Source of the DNA: a bacterium
GTDB lineage: Bacteria > Patescibacteriota > Dojkabacteria > JAKAPS01 > JAJZLI01
Assembly (NCBI GenBank): GCA_021846685.1
Contig: JAJZWL010000004.1
Coordinates: forward strand, 7,899-71,898
Direction: 5' to 3'
Length of the DNA stretch: 64,000 nt
This document shows, piece by piece, positions 31,155-41,541 of the stretch (positions within the stretch are counted from its first letter, which is position 1; each line of letters begins with the position of its first letter). The translations under genes and the position numbers were made by a program. The notes below the pieces were generated by a model. It did not search any database and had not been told where the DNA came from. It saw only the letters and a program-made list of their open reading frames with translations.

Positions 31155-32541
31155 AAGAATACATTTTATAGGTATATGCGGAAGTGCTATGGCTCCTATT
31201 GCCGTAGAAATGAAAAATAAAGGATTTAATGTTTCAGGTTCAGATAAAGGATTTTTCCCTCCTATATCTTTATATCTTGAAAAACACAATATGGGGATCC
31301 AACTCGGATATAAAAAAGAGCATATCACAGATGATATTAGTTTTGTTATTTTAGGAAATACTGTAGGAGAAAAGAATCCAGAATTTCTTGAAGCTAAGGA
31401 GAAAAATATACCAATATTGTCATATCCAGAACTTTTAGAACAATATCTTGTAAAAGAAAATTCAATTGTAATTACAGGTGAATATGGAAAGACAACTATA
31501 ACGTCATTTTTAGCTTTTGTATTTTCTAAGTTGAATATAAATCCTTCATATATGTATGGTGGAATATCTTTGAATCTTGATGATAGCGTAAAAATAAATG
31601 ATTCTAATTATTCAATTATTGAAGGAGATGAATATAATGCATCTCCAATAGATAAAAATTCCAAATTTCTATATTATCATCCCAAATATTTAATATTAAC
31701 ATCACTTTTGTGGGATCATGTAGATTTATTCCCAAAAGAATCTGATTATATTGATTCATTTAAAAAACTTATCTTAAAATTGCCAGAAGATGGTATTCTT
31801 TTTATTAATAAAGATGATATCAGTACTAATAAAATCTATCCTATATCTAATAAAAATATAAAAATCATAAATTATTCTGTTAAAGATAAAAGTACAGAAT
31901 ATTATGGTGAAATTGTAGAATATAAAGATGGTGTAATCAAATTTTTGGTTAATAATACCTATAAATTTGAAACACCTCTCTTGGGAGAACATAATATATC
32001 TAATCTTGTTGCAGGAATATCTCTGTGTCTTACACTTGGTATTGAATACAATAATTTATATTCAGTAGTCAAAGAATTTTTAGGAGCAAAAAGAAGATTG
32101 GAAATAAGATATAGATCAGATAAACTAATTGTTATTGATGATTTTGCTCATTCTCCTTATAAAATCAAAGCTTCAATCCAAGCTGTAAAAAAAAGTTTTC
32201 CAAATTCTAATATTATCTCAATTTTCGAACCACATTCTATGAGTTCAAGAGATAAAAAAACAATACAGTGGTATGAAAATATTTTTAATAATTCAGATAA
32301 AGTTATAATTACTGATATATATAAAAAAGAAGCTTTATCAGAAATCACAAGATTAAATAGTGAAGATATAGTTAAAGTAGTAAGAAATAATGTTCAAAAC
32401 ACTATATATACAAAGAATATAGATCTTATTGATTCAATAGAATCATCATTAACAGGGAATGATATAGTTTTATTTATGTCTTCTGGAAGTTTTCAAGGTA
32501 TGTTAGAGAAATATGTAAATAAACTAATTAGTTCTAAATAA
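31144..32541 (+). CDS. Mur ligase of the MurC/Mpl subfamily
   Basis: HFIGICGSAM, GSD, G..GKTT, EGDEY, DH.D, G.KRR.E, DDFAH and FEPH motifs; GICG start is Mpl-like, dcw position suggests a MurC role. Confidence 0.85.
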   Translation: MENKRIHFIGICGSAMAPIAVEMKNKGFNVSGSDKGFFPPISLYLEKHNMGIQLGYKKEHITDDISFVILGNTVGEKNPEFLEAKEKNIPILSYPELLEQYLVKENSIVITGEYGKTTITSFLAFVFSKLNINPSYMYGGISLNLDDSVKINDSNYSIIEGDEYNASPIDKNSKFLYYHPKYLILTSLLWDHVDLFPKESDYIDSFKKLILKLPEDGILFINKDDISTNKIYPISNKNIKIINYSVKDKSTEYYGEIVEYKDGVIKFLVNNTYKFETPLLGEHNISNLVAGISLCLTLGIEYNNLYSVVKEFLGAKRRLEIRYRSDKLIVIDDFAHSPYKIKASIQAVKKSFPNSNIISIFEPHSMSSRDKKTIQWYENIFNNSDKVIITDIYKKEALSEITRLNSEDIVKVVRNNVQNTIYTKNIDLIDSIESSLTGNDIVLFMSSGSFQGMLEKYVNKLISSK

Positions 32542-32557
32542 GTATTGTATATTAACA

Positions 32558-33454
32558 TTAAAGACTAGATTTAAAATAGGTCATTGTTTTATCAATTCCT
32601 TTTGATATAGAAATTTCAGGAGACCAAGACAATACATTTTTTATATTAGTAATATCATTTACATGTATTTCATATACTGTGTTATTTTTAACTGCATATG
32701 AAATATTTAATTTGAATGCTATATATCTTGCTATATTGATATTTTCGAATCCTTGCCCAGATCCTATATTGATTATCCCTGTATAAAGTGTATCAAATGA
32801 AAGTATTATTGCTCTTATAAAATCAGTAATATATAAATAATCATAAATATTGTTATTTAATATCTCTATATACTTATTTGTATATGCAGATTTTATATAT
32901 GATGAAATTATATCAGAATTTTTCCTATCATATGGTCCATATATACTGGATGCTCTAAAAATAATTATAGGGAACCCAAATTGATTAATATATTTAGTAC
33001 ATACTTTTTCTGCTTCATATTTAGTTTTTAAATAATTATTATTAGTTTGGATATCTGAATGTTCTGTAAAGGGTAGGGGATCTGTATATAATTTATAATC
33101 AGATACATATATAAATTTTTTTAAATTTTCATAATCAATTAATTCTTGTAAAATATACTCTAATCCGGTCACATTAATTTTATAAGCCAAGTCAAAATTA
33201 TCAGATTCAGTTTCATTTAAAGATGCTAGATATATTATATAATCTGGGGCAAATTTTCTAATCTCTGATAATATAGGAAATTTCAAATCTATATATATAG
33301 TTTTTATTCCTAATCCAGAAATCTCTTTATCCATATTGATCAGTTTTCCTATATGATATTCAGTGAATTTAATAATAGAATTTCTCCCTATAAATCCAGA
33401 ACCTCCTATTATTAATATTTTTTTTTCATTTCTATTTTTTGAATTAGTTGACAT
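32558..33454 (-). CDS. NAD-dependent epimerase/dehydratase
   Basis: GGSGFIG, YLKTK (YxxxK), R..SIYGP and NIGSG motifs. Confidence 0.88.
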   Translation of the reverse strand: MSTNSKNRNEKKILIIGGSGFIGRNSIIKFTEYHIGKLINMDKEISGLGIKTIYIDLKFPILSEIRKFAPDYIIYLASLNETESDNFDLAYKINVTGLEYILQELIDYENLKKFIYVSDYKLYTDPLPFTEHSDIQTNNNYLKTKYEAEKVCTKYINQFGFPIIIFRASSIYGPYDRKNSDIISSYIKSAYTNKYIEILNNNIYDYLYITDFIRAIILSFDTLYTGIINIGSGQGFENINIARYIAFKLNISYAVKNNTVYEIHVNDITNIKNVLSWSPEISISKGIDKTMTYFKSSL

Positions 33455-33503
33455 TTTTTATTTGCATAGAGATATCTTTTTTGATAATATTACTATTATT
33501 ATT

Positions 33504-34346
33504 ATGGCTAAAAACAAGAAAGAAATAAATAGGGGGAATTTAATCTTTGTTATCATTGTAGTGGTAGTGATTTTGGTAATGGGGGGAATAATATATTTTG
33601 CAAATAACTCTGTTACAACAGTTTCCAATCATACAAAAAAGATAATAAGTTCAGATAATAAGACTGTATCTCAAAGTGTGATAAATAAGTTGGAGAATGT
33701 TTCATTAATTAGTATAAAGAAGTCTTTATCTAGTAAATCTGCTATAAAACCAATTACTCCAGTAACAGGAGAAGCAACTCTTACTAAAAATGGACTACCA
33801 AGGGTATTATATATAGGAGCTGATTTTTGTCCTTTCTGTGCAGCAGAAAGATGGGCATTAGTAGTTGCTTTGTCAAAATTTGGTACATTTACAACTCTTC
33901 ATTATATGACATCTTCCGCAAGTGATGTATATCCTTCTACTCCAACATTTACGTTTTATAAATCTGCATATACATCAAAATATATTTCATTTACACCAGT
34001 AGAGACAGCTACTAATATTCCTTCAGCAGGAGGGTATAAACCGTTAGAGTCTCCCACAAAGAATGAAAATAGTATTTTCAATAAACTAGATGCCCCTCCA
34101 TATGTAACACAGTCATCTGCAGGATCTATACCATTTGTAGATATAGGTAATACAGGATTAATAGTAGGAGCACAATATTCACCTGCAGTGTTAAAAGGTA
34201 TGAATTGGACAAATATAGTTAGTTCAATTTATAGTACAAATGATAATATAGTATCTATAAAGATTCTTTCTTCAGCAGCAAGAGTAATTCAAGATATTTG
34301 TAAACTAACCAATGAAAAACCTCAAAACGTATGTTCTGAAATATAG
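33504..34346 (+). CDS. DUF929-like membrane-anchored thioredoxin-fold protein
   Basis: N-terminal TM; [21 protein letters not shown] and IPF.D.G motifs. Confidence 0.8.
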   Translation: MAKNKKEINRGNLIFVIIVVVVILVMGGIIYFANNSVTTVSNHTKKIISSDNKTVSQSVINKLENVSLISIKKSLSSKSAIKPITPVTGEATLTKNGLPRVLYIGADFCPFCAAERWALVVALSKFGTFTTLHYMTSSASDVYPSTPTFTFYKSAYTSKYISFTPVETATNIPSAGGYKPLESPTKNENSIFNKLDAPPYVTQSSAGSIPFVDIGNTGLIVGAQYSPAVLKGMNWTNIVSSIYSTNDNIVSIKILSSAARVIQDICKLTNEKPQNVCSEI

Positions 34347-34740
34347 CATTCCTATATTTTCAACAATAGCTATAATTATTTGTATATATCTTTTATATGT
34401 ACATTATACTGCTATCATTGTAGCTTGCCCAGATGTTGGTATTATAAATTGTGGTAGAGTATTAACTAGTAATTATTCTGAAATTTTTAATATACCATTA
34501 CCAGTTTTTGGTATAATCTATTTTGTATTCCTTCTTGTATTATCATTTCTAAAAAAAACTGAAAATATTATTTTCATCCTATCTATAATATCCCTTTTTG
34601 TAGTTGCTTTATTAGTATATATAGAATTCGGAATATTACATTCTGTATGTCTTTATTGCAGTACAATACATTTAATAGCTATAATAATCTTTTTTATAAG
34701 TCTGTATAAATATCTCTTTAGAAAAGAATTAAAGCTTTAA
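34312..34740 (+). CDS. Vitamin K epoxide reductase (VKOR) family protein
   Basis: C-x7-C..VLTS.YS, P...FG and CLYC redox motifs; 4 TMs. Confidence 0.9.
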   Translation: MKNLKTYVLKYSIPIFSTIAIIICIYLLYVHYTAIIVACPDVGIINCGRVLTSNYSEIFNIPLPVFGIIYFVFLLVLSFLKKTENIIFILSIISLFVVALLVYIEFGILHSVCLYCSTIHLIAIIIFFISLYKYLFRKELKL

Positions 34741-34745
34741 TATAG

Positions 34746-35447
34746 TTGATTTATATGAATAAGTTATTCGATATCTCTATTGTCAATTCTATTGTCGATA
34801 AATTTTACAATATTGATGGCAATGCACTGGATTCGAATAAAAATATATATACTCTAGATGAATTATTCGCAAAATTAAATGAAAATGAATGTAATCTTAT
34901 ATATTCTTTTTTATCTATTAATCCTTATGATTATGGATTTAAAGGTAAATTCTTGGGGATATTTCCAGTTCCAAAAAAGCTTGTCATCATAAAAGATCAA
35001 AAATATATAATAGATGGGGAAGAAATGCAAATTGTACCCCAATATTGTCCAAAAGAGGTTTATATTCATTTCGTTAAAATGATTGATGAAATGGATAAAG
35101 ATATAGGAAAAACATTACTGGTAGATTCTTGTTATAGGTCCCCTGCTAGTCAGATATTAACATTCTTATTTTTTTTGAAGTATCATGATTTCGATTTTAC
35201 TCATACTATTTCGTTAGTAGCATTTCCTGGATATAGTGAACATGGAGATCCTGTGCATCAGGCAATAGATGTAATAACTACTGAAGGTTTACCTAAGAGA
35301 GAAAATCCACAAGATTTTGAAAATACAATTGAATATAAGTGGTTAATGAATCATGCTAACAAATTTAATTTTTATTTATCTTATCCTAAAAATAATAAAG
35401 AGGGTATAGCTTTTGAACCTTGGCATTGGAAATATGTTATAAAGTAA
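34746..35447 (+). CDS. D-Ala-D-Ala carboxypeptidase (VanY/M15B family)
   Basis: S.YRS...Q, PGYSEH....AID and EPWHW motifs. Confidence 0.9.
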   Translation: MIYMNKLFDISIVNSIVDKFYNIDGNALDSNKNIYTLDELFAKLNENECNLIYSFLSINPYDYGFKGKFLGIFPVPKKLVIIKDQKYIIDGEEMQIVPQYCPKEVYIHFVKMIDEMDKDIGKTLLVDSCYRSPASQILTFLFFLKYHDFDFTHTISLVAFPGYSEHGDPVHQAIDVITTEGLPKRENPQDFENTIEYKWLMNHANKFNFYLSYPKNNKEGIAFEPWHWKYVIK

Positions 35448-35453
35448 AATTTT

Positions 35454-36776
35454 TTATTTATACATTCCTTGAGATCTTAATTTTCTATGAAATGTGATAG
35501 CAAATCGATGAGATTCATCCCTAATTCTTCTTATCAAAAGATGTGATTTTTCTCTATATCCTATTAATATAGGTTCTTTTTCTCCATATTTAAATATAGC
35601 TTCCTTTTTTTTGGCAAGTCCAACAATAGGAATATCAGAGTGAAGAGTTTTTAATACTTTTTCTGCTGCATTAAGCTGGGTTTTCCCTCCATCTACAATT
35701 ATTAAATCTGGTATTTCAGAAAAACTTTTATCATTATCTGAATGAGTAAGCCTTCGTTGTAATGTTTCTGCTATCATCAATGGATCATTTGGTGTCTCTT
35801 GGCTTCTTATTTTAAATTTTCTGTAATAAGATGTATCCATATCTCCTTGTCTAAAAACAACCATAGAGGAAACAGGATATTTCCCTTGGATATTAGATAT
35901 ATCATAGCATTCAACTCTCCCTGTGTTATATTTAATTCCTAAGATATTAAATAATTCTTTTAATGATTTAGTGTTATCTATCTTCTTGTTTTTTTTAAAA
36001 ATATTTTCATCATCTCCAAAATCAACTTTAATATTTTGGGTCACATAATTTATTTGATCAATTTTCTTTTTTAACTCTCCTGCTTTTTCAAAATTTTCTT
36101 TTTTACTTTCCAAATACATTTCTTTTTCTATTTTTTTTATCATGGAATGTTTATTCCCAGATAAGAAAATCTTTATATTATTAATATTTTTCATATATTG
36201 TTTTTTATCGATAAGGCTATCACATGGGCCTGTGCATAAATTTATATCATAAAAAATACATAATCTTGATTTAGTAATATTCTGATTTTCATAAATTTTA
36301 AGGTTACAAGTTCTATATGGGAAAATCTTTCTTAAATTAGATAATAGAGCTAGTATGGTTTTTCCAGAAGGATATGGCCCATAATAAATTCCTCCATCAT
36401 TAATCTTTTCTCTGACCCTTTCTATTTTTGGGAATATATCATTTGTGATCTTTATCCAAGCATATCGTTTATCATCCTTGAGTAAAATATTGTATTTTGG
36501 TTTGTATTTTTTTATTAAATTACTTTCTAAGATTAATGCTTCTACTTCATTTGAAGTCTCTATATATGATAAATATATGGCATTAGATATTAATTTATAT
36601 GTTTTTAAATTTAAATCTTTTTTATTTAAAAAATATTGTGAAACTCTTTTTCTTATTATTTTCGCCTTTCCTATATATATTATTTTTTTATTAATATCTT
36701 TATACAGGTAACATCCAGGAGAAAATGGTAAACTTTTTAAAAAATCATTATCTAGGATTTTAATATCATCACTCAT
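35454..36776 (-). CDS. uvrC: Excinuclease ABC subunit C (short form ending before the HhH domain)
   Basis: PGCY, IYIGKA, EALILE..LIK, YDISN, DGG..Q and RDESHRFAI motifs. Confidence 0.95.
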   Translation of the reverse strand: MSDDIKILDNDFLKSLPFSPGCYLYKDINKKIIYIGKAKIIRKRVSQYFLNKKDLNLKTYKLISNAIYLSYIETSNEVEALILESNLIKKYKPKYNILLKDDKRYAWIKITNDIFPKIERVREKINDGGIYYGPYPSGKTILALLSNLRKIFPYRTCNLKIYENQNITKSRLCIFYDINLCTGPCDSLIDKKQYMKNINNIKIFLSGNKHSMIKKIEKEMYLESKKENFEKAGELKKKIDQINYVTQNIKVDFGDDENIFKKNKKIDNTKSLKELFNILGIKYNTGRVECYDISNIQGKYPVSSMVVFRQGDMDTSYYRKFKIRSQETPNDPLMIAETLQRRLTHSDNDKSFSEIPDLIIVDGGKTQLNAAEKVLKTLHSDIPIVGLAKKKEAIFKYGEKEPILIGYREKSHLLIRRIRDESHRFAITFHRKLRSQGMYK

Positions 36777-38247
36777 GATTCTTGAAATTTAGAACGGTAG
36801 TTTTTATTCTAGTTAAAGAATCTATTAAATATTTTGCTCCCTGTATATTCCCGATTCCTGAACTTTTAGTTCCATTAAAAGGAAAATTATCTGGACCTCG
36901 AGAGTCCTTTCCATTAATTTGAACATTTCCAACATCTAATTGAGATGCTATATAAAATGCATCATCTATATTTTTCGTAAAAATACTTGATTGAAGCCCA
37001 TATTCAGATTTATTTGCAATTGTGATTGCCTCATTGATATTATTTACCCTTATTATAGGTAGTATCGGAGAAAAAGGCTCTTCCCATGCTAGTCTCATAT
37101 CTTCTGTAATATGATCTAATACAATAGGGTAAATATATCTCCCGTTATCTTCTCCAGATACAACTAATTGAGCTCCCTTTTTTAAAGCATCTTCCTTTAA
37201 TGTGTGGAGATAATTAACAGTAATATCATTGATAACAGGACCAATTGTATTTTCTTTATTTCTAGGATCTCCTAGTATGAATTTCTTTTTAATTACTTCT
37301 TTCAATTTATCTATGAACTCATCTGCAATCGTATTGTCTATCAAGACTCTTTTAATAGCAGTACATCTTTGTCCTGAAAAAGAAAATGCCCCAATAGCTA
37401 TTTGTTCTGCCGCAAGATTTAAGTCTGCATCGGGTAAAACAATAGATGCATCTTTACCTCCTAGCCCTAGTAGTATTGTAGGTAGTACAGTATTTCTTTG
37501 AGATAAAACCTTTTGTATATGGACTGCAGTTTTTGTACTTCCTGTGAAATTTAAAGCATTAATCTTTTTTGATTGTAGTAGATAGTCTCCAGCTATATCA
37601 TTATCTCCTGATACTATATTTAAGACTCCATTATCAAGACCTGCCTTTCTAAAGATTTCTCCTATTACCATACATGTTATTCCTCCTTGATTAGGAGCTT
37701 TTAGTATTGTTGTATTCCCAGTTACAATAGCGCCAATAATTTTAGGAATTGTTTCATTTAAAGGATAATTAAAAGGTGGGATAGAAACAACTATTCCTAA
37801 TGGAACTTTTTGTGTAATAGCCATTTTTTCTTTTCCAAAACCTGGAAATGATTCTGAGTAGAGGACTTCTCCTAATATTCTTTGTGCTTCTGTTGCGTAA
37901 AAAGTAATTATATCTGCAGTTCTAACAACTTCATCAGAAGCTTCTTTATAAGATTTCCCGACTTCTTCTGTAATGAGTAATGTAAGATCCTCTTTTTCTT
38001 CTTTTATAATATCAGAAACCTTATATAATATATTTACCCTATAATTTTTTGAAGTGTCTCTCCACTTCAAAAAAGCATTATATGAAGATTCTATACACTC
38101 ATCAATTTGTTTAGTATTCATTAGAGGAAGTTTTCCTACTAAAGAATCATCTATAGGAGAAAAAACTTCTTTGTAATTCTCTGTGTATACCCAAGTATTA
38201 TCTACTAGATATCCATATTTTTTGTTTTTAATAAATTCTTTAATCAT
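36769..38247 (-). CDS. gapN: GapN-like aldehyde dehydrogenase (non-phosphorylating G3P dehydrogenase family)
   Basis: PFNYP, FTGS, LGGKD, FSGQRCTA, WEEPF.P and RGPDNFPF.G.K.SG motifs typical of GapN. Confidence 0.85.
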   Translation of the reverse strand: MIKEFIKNKKYGYLVDNTWVYTENYKEVFSPIDDSLVGKLPLMNTKQIDECIESSYNAFLKWRDTSKNYRVNILYKVSDIIKEEKEDLTLLITEEVGKSYKEASDEVVRTADIITFYATEAQRILGEVLYSESFPGFGKEKMAITQKVPLGIVVSIPPFNYPLNETIPKIIGAIVTGNTTILKAPNQGGITCMVIGEIFRKAGLDNGVLNIVSGDNDIAGDYLLQSKKINALNFTGSTKTAVHIQKVLSQRNTVLPTILLGLGGKDASIVLPDADLNLAAEQIAIGAFSFSGQRCTAIKRVLIDNTIADEFIDKLKEVIKKKFILGDPRNKENTIGPVINDITVNYLHTLKEDALKKGAQLVVSGEDNGRYIYPIVLDHITEDMRLAWEEPFSPILPIIRVNNINEAITIANKSEYGLQSSIFTKNIDDAFYIASQLDVGNVQINGKDSRGPDNFPFNGTKSSGIGNIQGAKYLIDSLTRIKTTVLNFKNHE

Positions 38248-38499
38248 GTCTCTGTAGTCATTTTGTAAATTTAATTTTTATATTTTAATATATTATACCT
38301 TTTTTTAATTTTTATGTATTGTATCTAATAAATCACTTAATGTCATATATAATACAAGATTTTTATTTAAATACATTTAATATTTTAATATAACTATATG
38401 CCTATATGAAGTAGATTATTATTAGGTTAAATTAATCAACTTGCTTTTTCTATAGGATTGTGTTAGGATGTCGTTAATTAGTTTTATAAGTAAATCAAA

Positions 38500-40791
38500 A
38501 TGTTTAAAAATTTCAAATTAAAATATGGTCATTTAATAATAACTGTATTCGTAACGTTAAATATAATTTTTTTAGCTATTGTAGCTTCAAGTCCCTTTTT
38601 TGCAAACAAGTCAAATGTGCAATTGCATGCAGCTCCTGTATGTAATTTAAGTGGGAATCATGCATATTTTGCATCAGTTGCTGTTGTAGTAAAGTCATCT
38701 AATCCATCAGTAGCTTTACCTGCGAATATGGGTTTATCTCTTAAGACAGGTCAATGTACTAATGGTTGGGATAATGGTCTTCCTTGGGCATCAGGTTATA
38801 ATAATAATTATCAAGATCCTTTTCTATATGCTCCTCAAATAGCTTCAGGTCCAGTTTCTCCTGAACAGATTAGTGCATATCATTCTAGAACTGGAAATGC
38901 TCCTATAACTTATCAACAGATTAATTCAATAAATGTTGGTGGTAGTGGTCCAAATGGAACTACTACTCCTTATAACTGTTCATCTATTACAGCTTGTTCT
39001 CATGTGGGTGGAAATATAACTAGAATTGAAACTGGCTCCAGTCAGGTAACTTTGAAATATTATCAAATTATTGATTGTGCATTTTCTCCAGTAACATATA
39101 GTCTTGCAGGACTTCCTCAAGGATGGTCTGCTAATCCTAGTACTAATACTGTAAATGTAGTCAATGGTACATCTTTACCAACTTATACAATAACTGTTAC
39201 TCCACCAACACCTACAATTAGTGTTGCTCTGAACTGTAATGGTGCTCAATGGTCTACTTCAAATACAAATTCTAATGCAGCTATTACAGGGACTATAGTA
39301 AATACACAAAATAATCAAGTAGTAGCAAATATCAATACTCAAACAAACCCTGATTCTGGTTTTGTATCAAGTCTTTTGACCAGTAATCAAAATTATATAG
39401 CATCAATGCAAGTGACTGATAACGGGGCATCGGATACTGCTAAGTCGACTCCTTTCAATTTTTATAGTTGTGCTAATCATACTCCGGTATTGACAGTAGC
39501 TTTGTCTTGTCAAGGTGTTTCATGGAATACGTCCAATGTATCTTCTCCTACTGTTTCTGGAAATATATTAAATTCTCAAAATCAGGTAGTTGCAAGTATT
39601 AATACTCAAAATCAAGCAAATGGTTCAAGTAATTCTTTTGTAAATGGATTAGAGTATGGTCAAACAGGTGCTAGTTATACTGCACAAATGACTGTGGCAA
39701 GTGAAGGTCAATCAACAAAGGCTACATCTAATAGTGTTATATATTCAAATTGTCTAAGTTTTAAACCTACTTTATCTGTATCTTTGAGTTGTAATGGAGC
39801 TACTTGGGAAGGAACAAATCTTAACGGAGGAAGTACTTTAACTGGGAATGTAACAGATACAACAACTAATCAAAGTGTATATACTATTCCTCAGGAAAGT
39901 ATAGGTTCTTATAAATCTCAATTTAATGGTTCTGAAAATTCATTTGTATCAGGTTTGGTAAATAGTCAAAATAGTTATACAGCATTAATAACACTTACTA
40001 ATAATGGAAGCGTTGTTTCTCAAAAATCTTCAGCTGTAAGTTTTTATAACTGTGTAACTCATATGAAAACTCCAGTACTTAATACTGTTACTCTAAGTTG
40101 TATTACAAATTCTAGTAATTTAGGAATTAATTGGACTTATGATAATACAACTACAAATAGTACTGATTTATTCTATGGATCAATAGAAGATGCTTCAACT
40201 AATAATAATGTTGTTGCTACATTCTCTTCTCCTTTAACAACAGGTTATACCTGGAATGGAGCTAATACAAAGGATTCTTATATAATTGTAGGTTATATAA
40301 AAGGTGTAAATGGACAAAGTAATAATATAACTTCTTCTTCCTCTAGTGTTTCAGATTGTCTTACACCTCAAGTTCCAGTAATGTCATCGATCTCACTTGC
40401 TTGTGAAAATAATACTACAAACAATTTAACTATCGCATGGCAGGCTAATAATGTAACTAGTTCAGATAGTTTTAATGGGGTTATAACTGATACAACTACT
40501 GGTCAACAAGTATATGATATCCCTAATACTCCAGCACAATTAGGTGAATATATTTGGCAAGGTGCTAATGGTAAAGATAGTTATACAATTACAGGTTGGT
40601 TAGTTAACTCTTCTGGACAAAAATTCAATGTAACTACAAGTGTTGCAGTTTCAAGCAATTGTATTCCCCAGAAAGCAGTAGCTCCTATAGTACAAACTTT
40701 ACCTCAAACTTCAGGAGGTGCTCCTATAAATGTATTTGTAGTAGCTGGATTGATAATACTATCAATTGGTGTATCTGTAATGATATTCTAA
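38500..40791 (+). CDS. Large secreted/surface protein with five Cys-paired beta-rich repeats and an LPxT-like C-terminal anchor
   Basis: N-terminal hydrophobic helix; S/T/N-rich; repeats of P...+.L.C...W..G.+.. ending in C; LPQTS followed by a hydrophobic C-terminus. Confidence 0.85.
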   Translation: MFKNFKLKYGHLIITVFVTLNIIFLAIVASSPFFANKSNVQLHAAPVCNLSGNHAYFASVAVVVKSSNPSVALPANMGLSLKTGQCTNGWDNGLPWASGYNNNYQDPFLYAPQIASGPVSPEQISAYHSRTGNAPITYQQINSINVGGSGPNGTTTPYNCSSITACSHVGGNITRIETGSSQVTLKYYQIIDCAFSPVTYSLAGLPQGWSANPSTNTVNVVNGTSLPTYTITVTPPTPTISVALNCNGAQWSTSNTNSNAAITGTIVNTQNNQVVANINTQTNPDSGFVSSLLTSNQNYIASMQVTDNGASDTAKSTPFNFYSCANHTPVLTVALSCQGVSWNTSNVSSPTVSGNILNSQNQVVASINTQNQANGSSNSFVNGLEYGQTGASYTAQMTVASEGQSTKATSNSVIYSNCLSFKPTLSVSLSCNGATWEGTNLNGGSTLTGNVTDTTTNQSVYTIPQESIGSYKSQFNGSENSFVSGLVNSQNSYTALITLTNNGSVVSQKSSAVSFYNCVTHMKTPVLNTVTLSCITNSSNLGINWTYDNTTTNSTDLFYGSIEDASTNNNVVATFSSPLTTGYTWNGANTKDSYIIVGYIKGVNGQSNNITSSSSSVSDCLTPQVPVMSSISLACENNTTNNLTIAWQANNVTSSDSFNGVITDTTTGQQVYDIPNTPAQLGEYIWQGANGKDSYTITGWLVNSSGQKFNVTTSVAVSSNCIPQKAVAPIVQTLPQTSGGAPINVFVVAGLIILSIGVSVMIF

Positions 40792-40813
40792 TAAGCATTA
40801 TTATTAAATAATT

Positions 40814-40843
40814 AAAAGGGAAGGTTATTATGCCTTCCCTTTT
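40814..40843 (+). terminator. Intrinsic terminator
   Basis: AAAAGGGAAGG-N8-CCTTCCCTTTT hairpin 22 nt after the stop codon. Confidence 0.85.
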
Positions 40844-40884
40844 CTGTACTTGATCAAATATATAAAAAGATATATTATATTTAT

Positions 40885-41412
40885 ATGAAGTCAAAGGTTT
40901 TATTCATAATTTTATTCTCTTTAATAATAATTGGTGTATTGTATGTTACTACAATATATGCCCAAGAATTACAGACTGTAGGTAATAAAAATGCTAATAC
41001 ATATGTTAAAAATATTGTTCCTCAAGACAATAGTGTAATCATTCCATATTCAAAATTTAATGGTACATTTGGGCCTAGTCAATCTTTTAGTTTTGATTAT
41101 CCATCTGGATGGAAGTCTATTAACGTAAATGAAATGACTAATTCTGAAATTGCTTCATTTGGACTAAATAATTCTAGTATAACTGTTAATGTATATTTAT
41201 CTTGTAATAATAATACGAAAATTAAAGGCAAAAATATTACTATGAATGGATATCAAGGAATAGAAACTATTACTAATAAATCTATTGGTTTATATGGAAA
41301 AAATTTTAATGTAGTTTTGAATTCTAGTAATTCAGATAGAGTTCAAATCTTTGATCATATAGTAAAATCTCTTAATCTTTATAATAAATTTTCTGTTTCT
41401 TCTTGTGGCTGA
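40885..41412 (+). CDS. Hypothetical exported protein (possibly PsbP-like fold)
   Basis: N-terminal TM; FSFDYPSGW and FD.IVKS patterns. Confidence 0.65.
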   Translation: MKSKVLFIILFSLIIIGVLYVTTIYAQELQTVGNKNANTYVKNIVPQDNSVIIPYSKFNGTFGPSQSFSFDYPSGWKSINVNEMTNSEIASFGLNNSSITVNVYLSCNNNTKIKGKNITMNGYQGIETITNKSIGLYGKNFNVVLNSSNSDRVQIFDHIVKSLNLYNKFSVSSCG

Positions 41413-41452
41413 TTTTTTATAATTAAAAAAATTTGATATAATATATATTATC

Positions 41453-41525
41453 GCAGAAGTAACTCAGTTGGCAGAGTACTAGTTTTCCAAACTAGGTGTC
41501 GCGGGTTCGATCCCCGTCTTCTGCT
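41453..41525 (+). tRNA. tRNA-Gly(TCC)
   Basis: Acceptor GCAGAAG/CTTCTGC, anticodon arm CTAGT-TTTCCAA-ACTAG, T-arm GCGGG-TTCGATC-CCCGT; CCA not encoded. Confidence 0.95.
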
Positions 41526-41541
41526 AATCTTATAATTAAAT

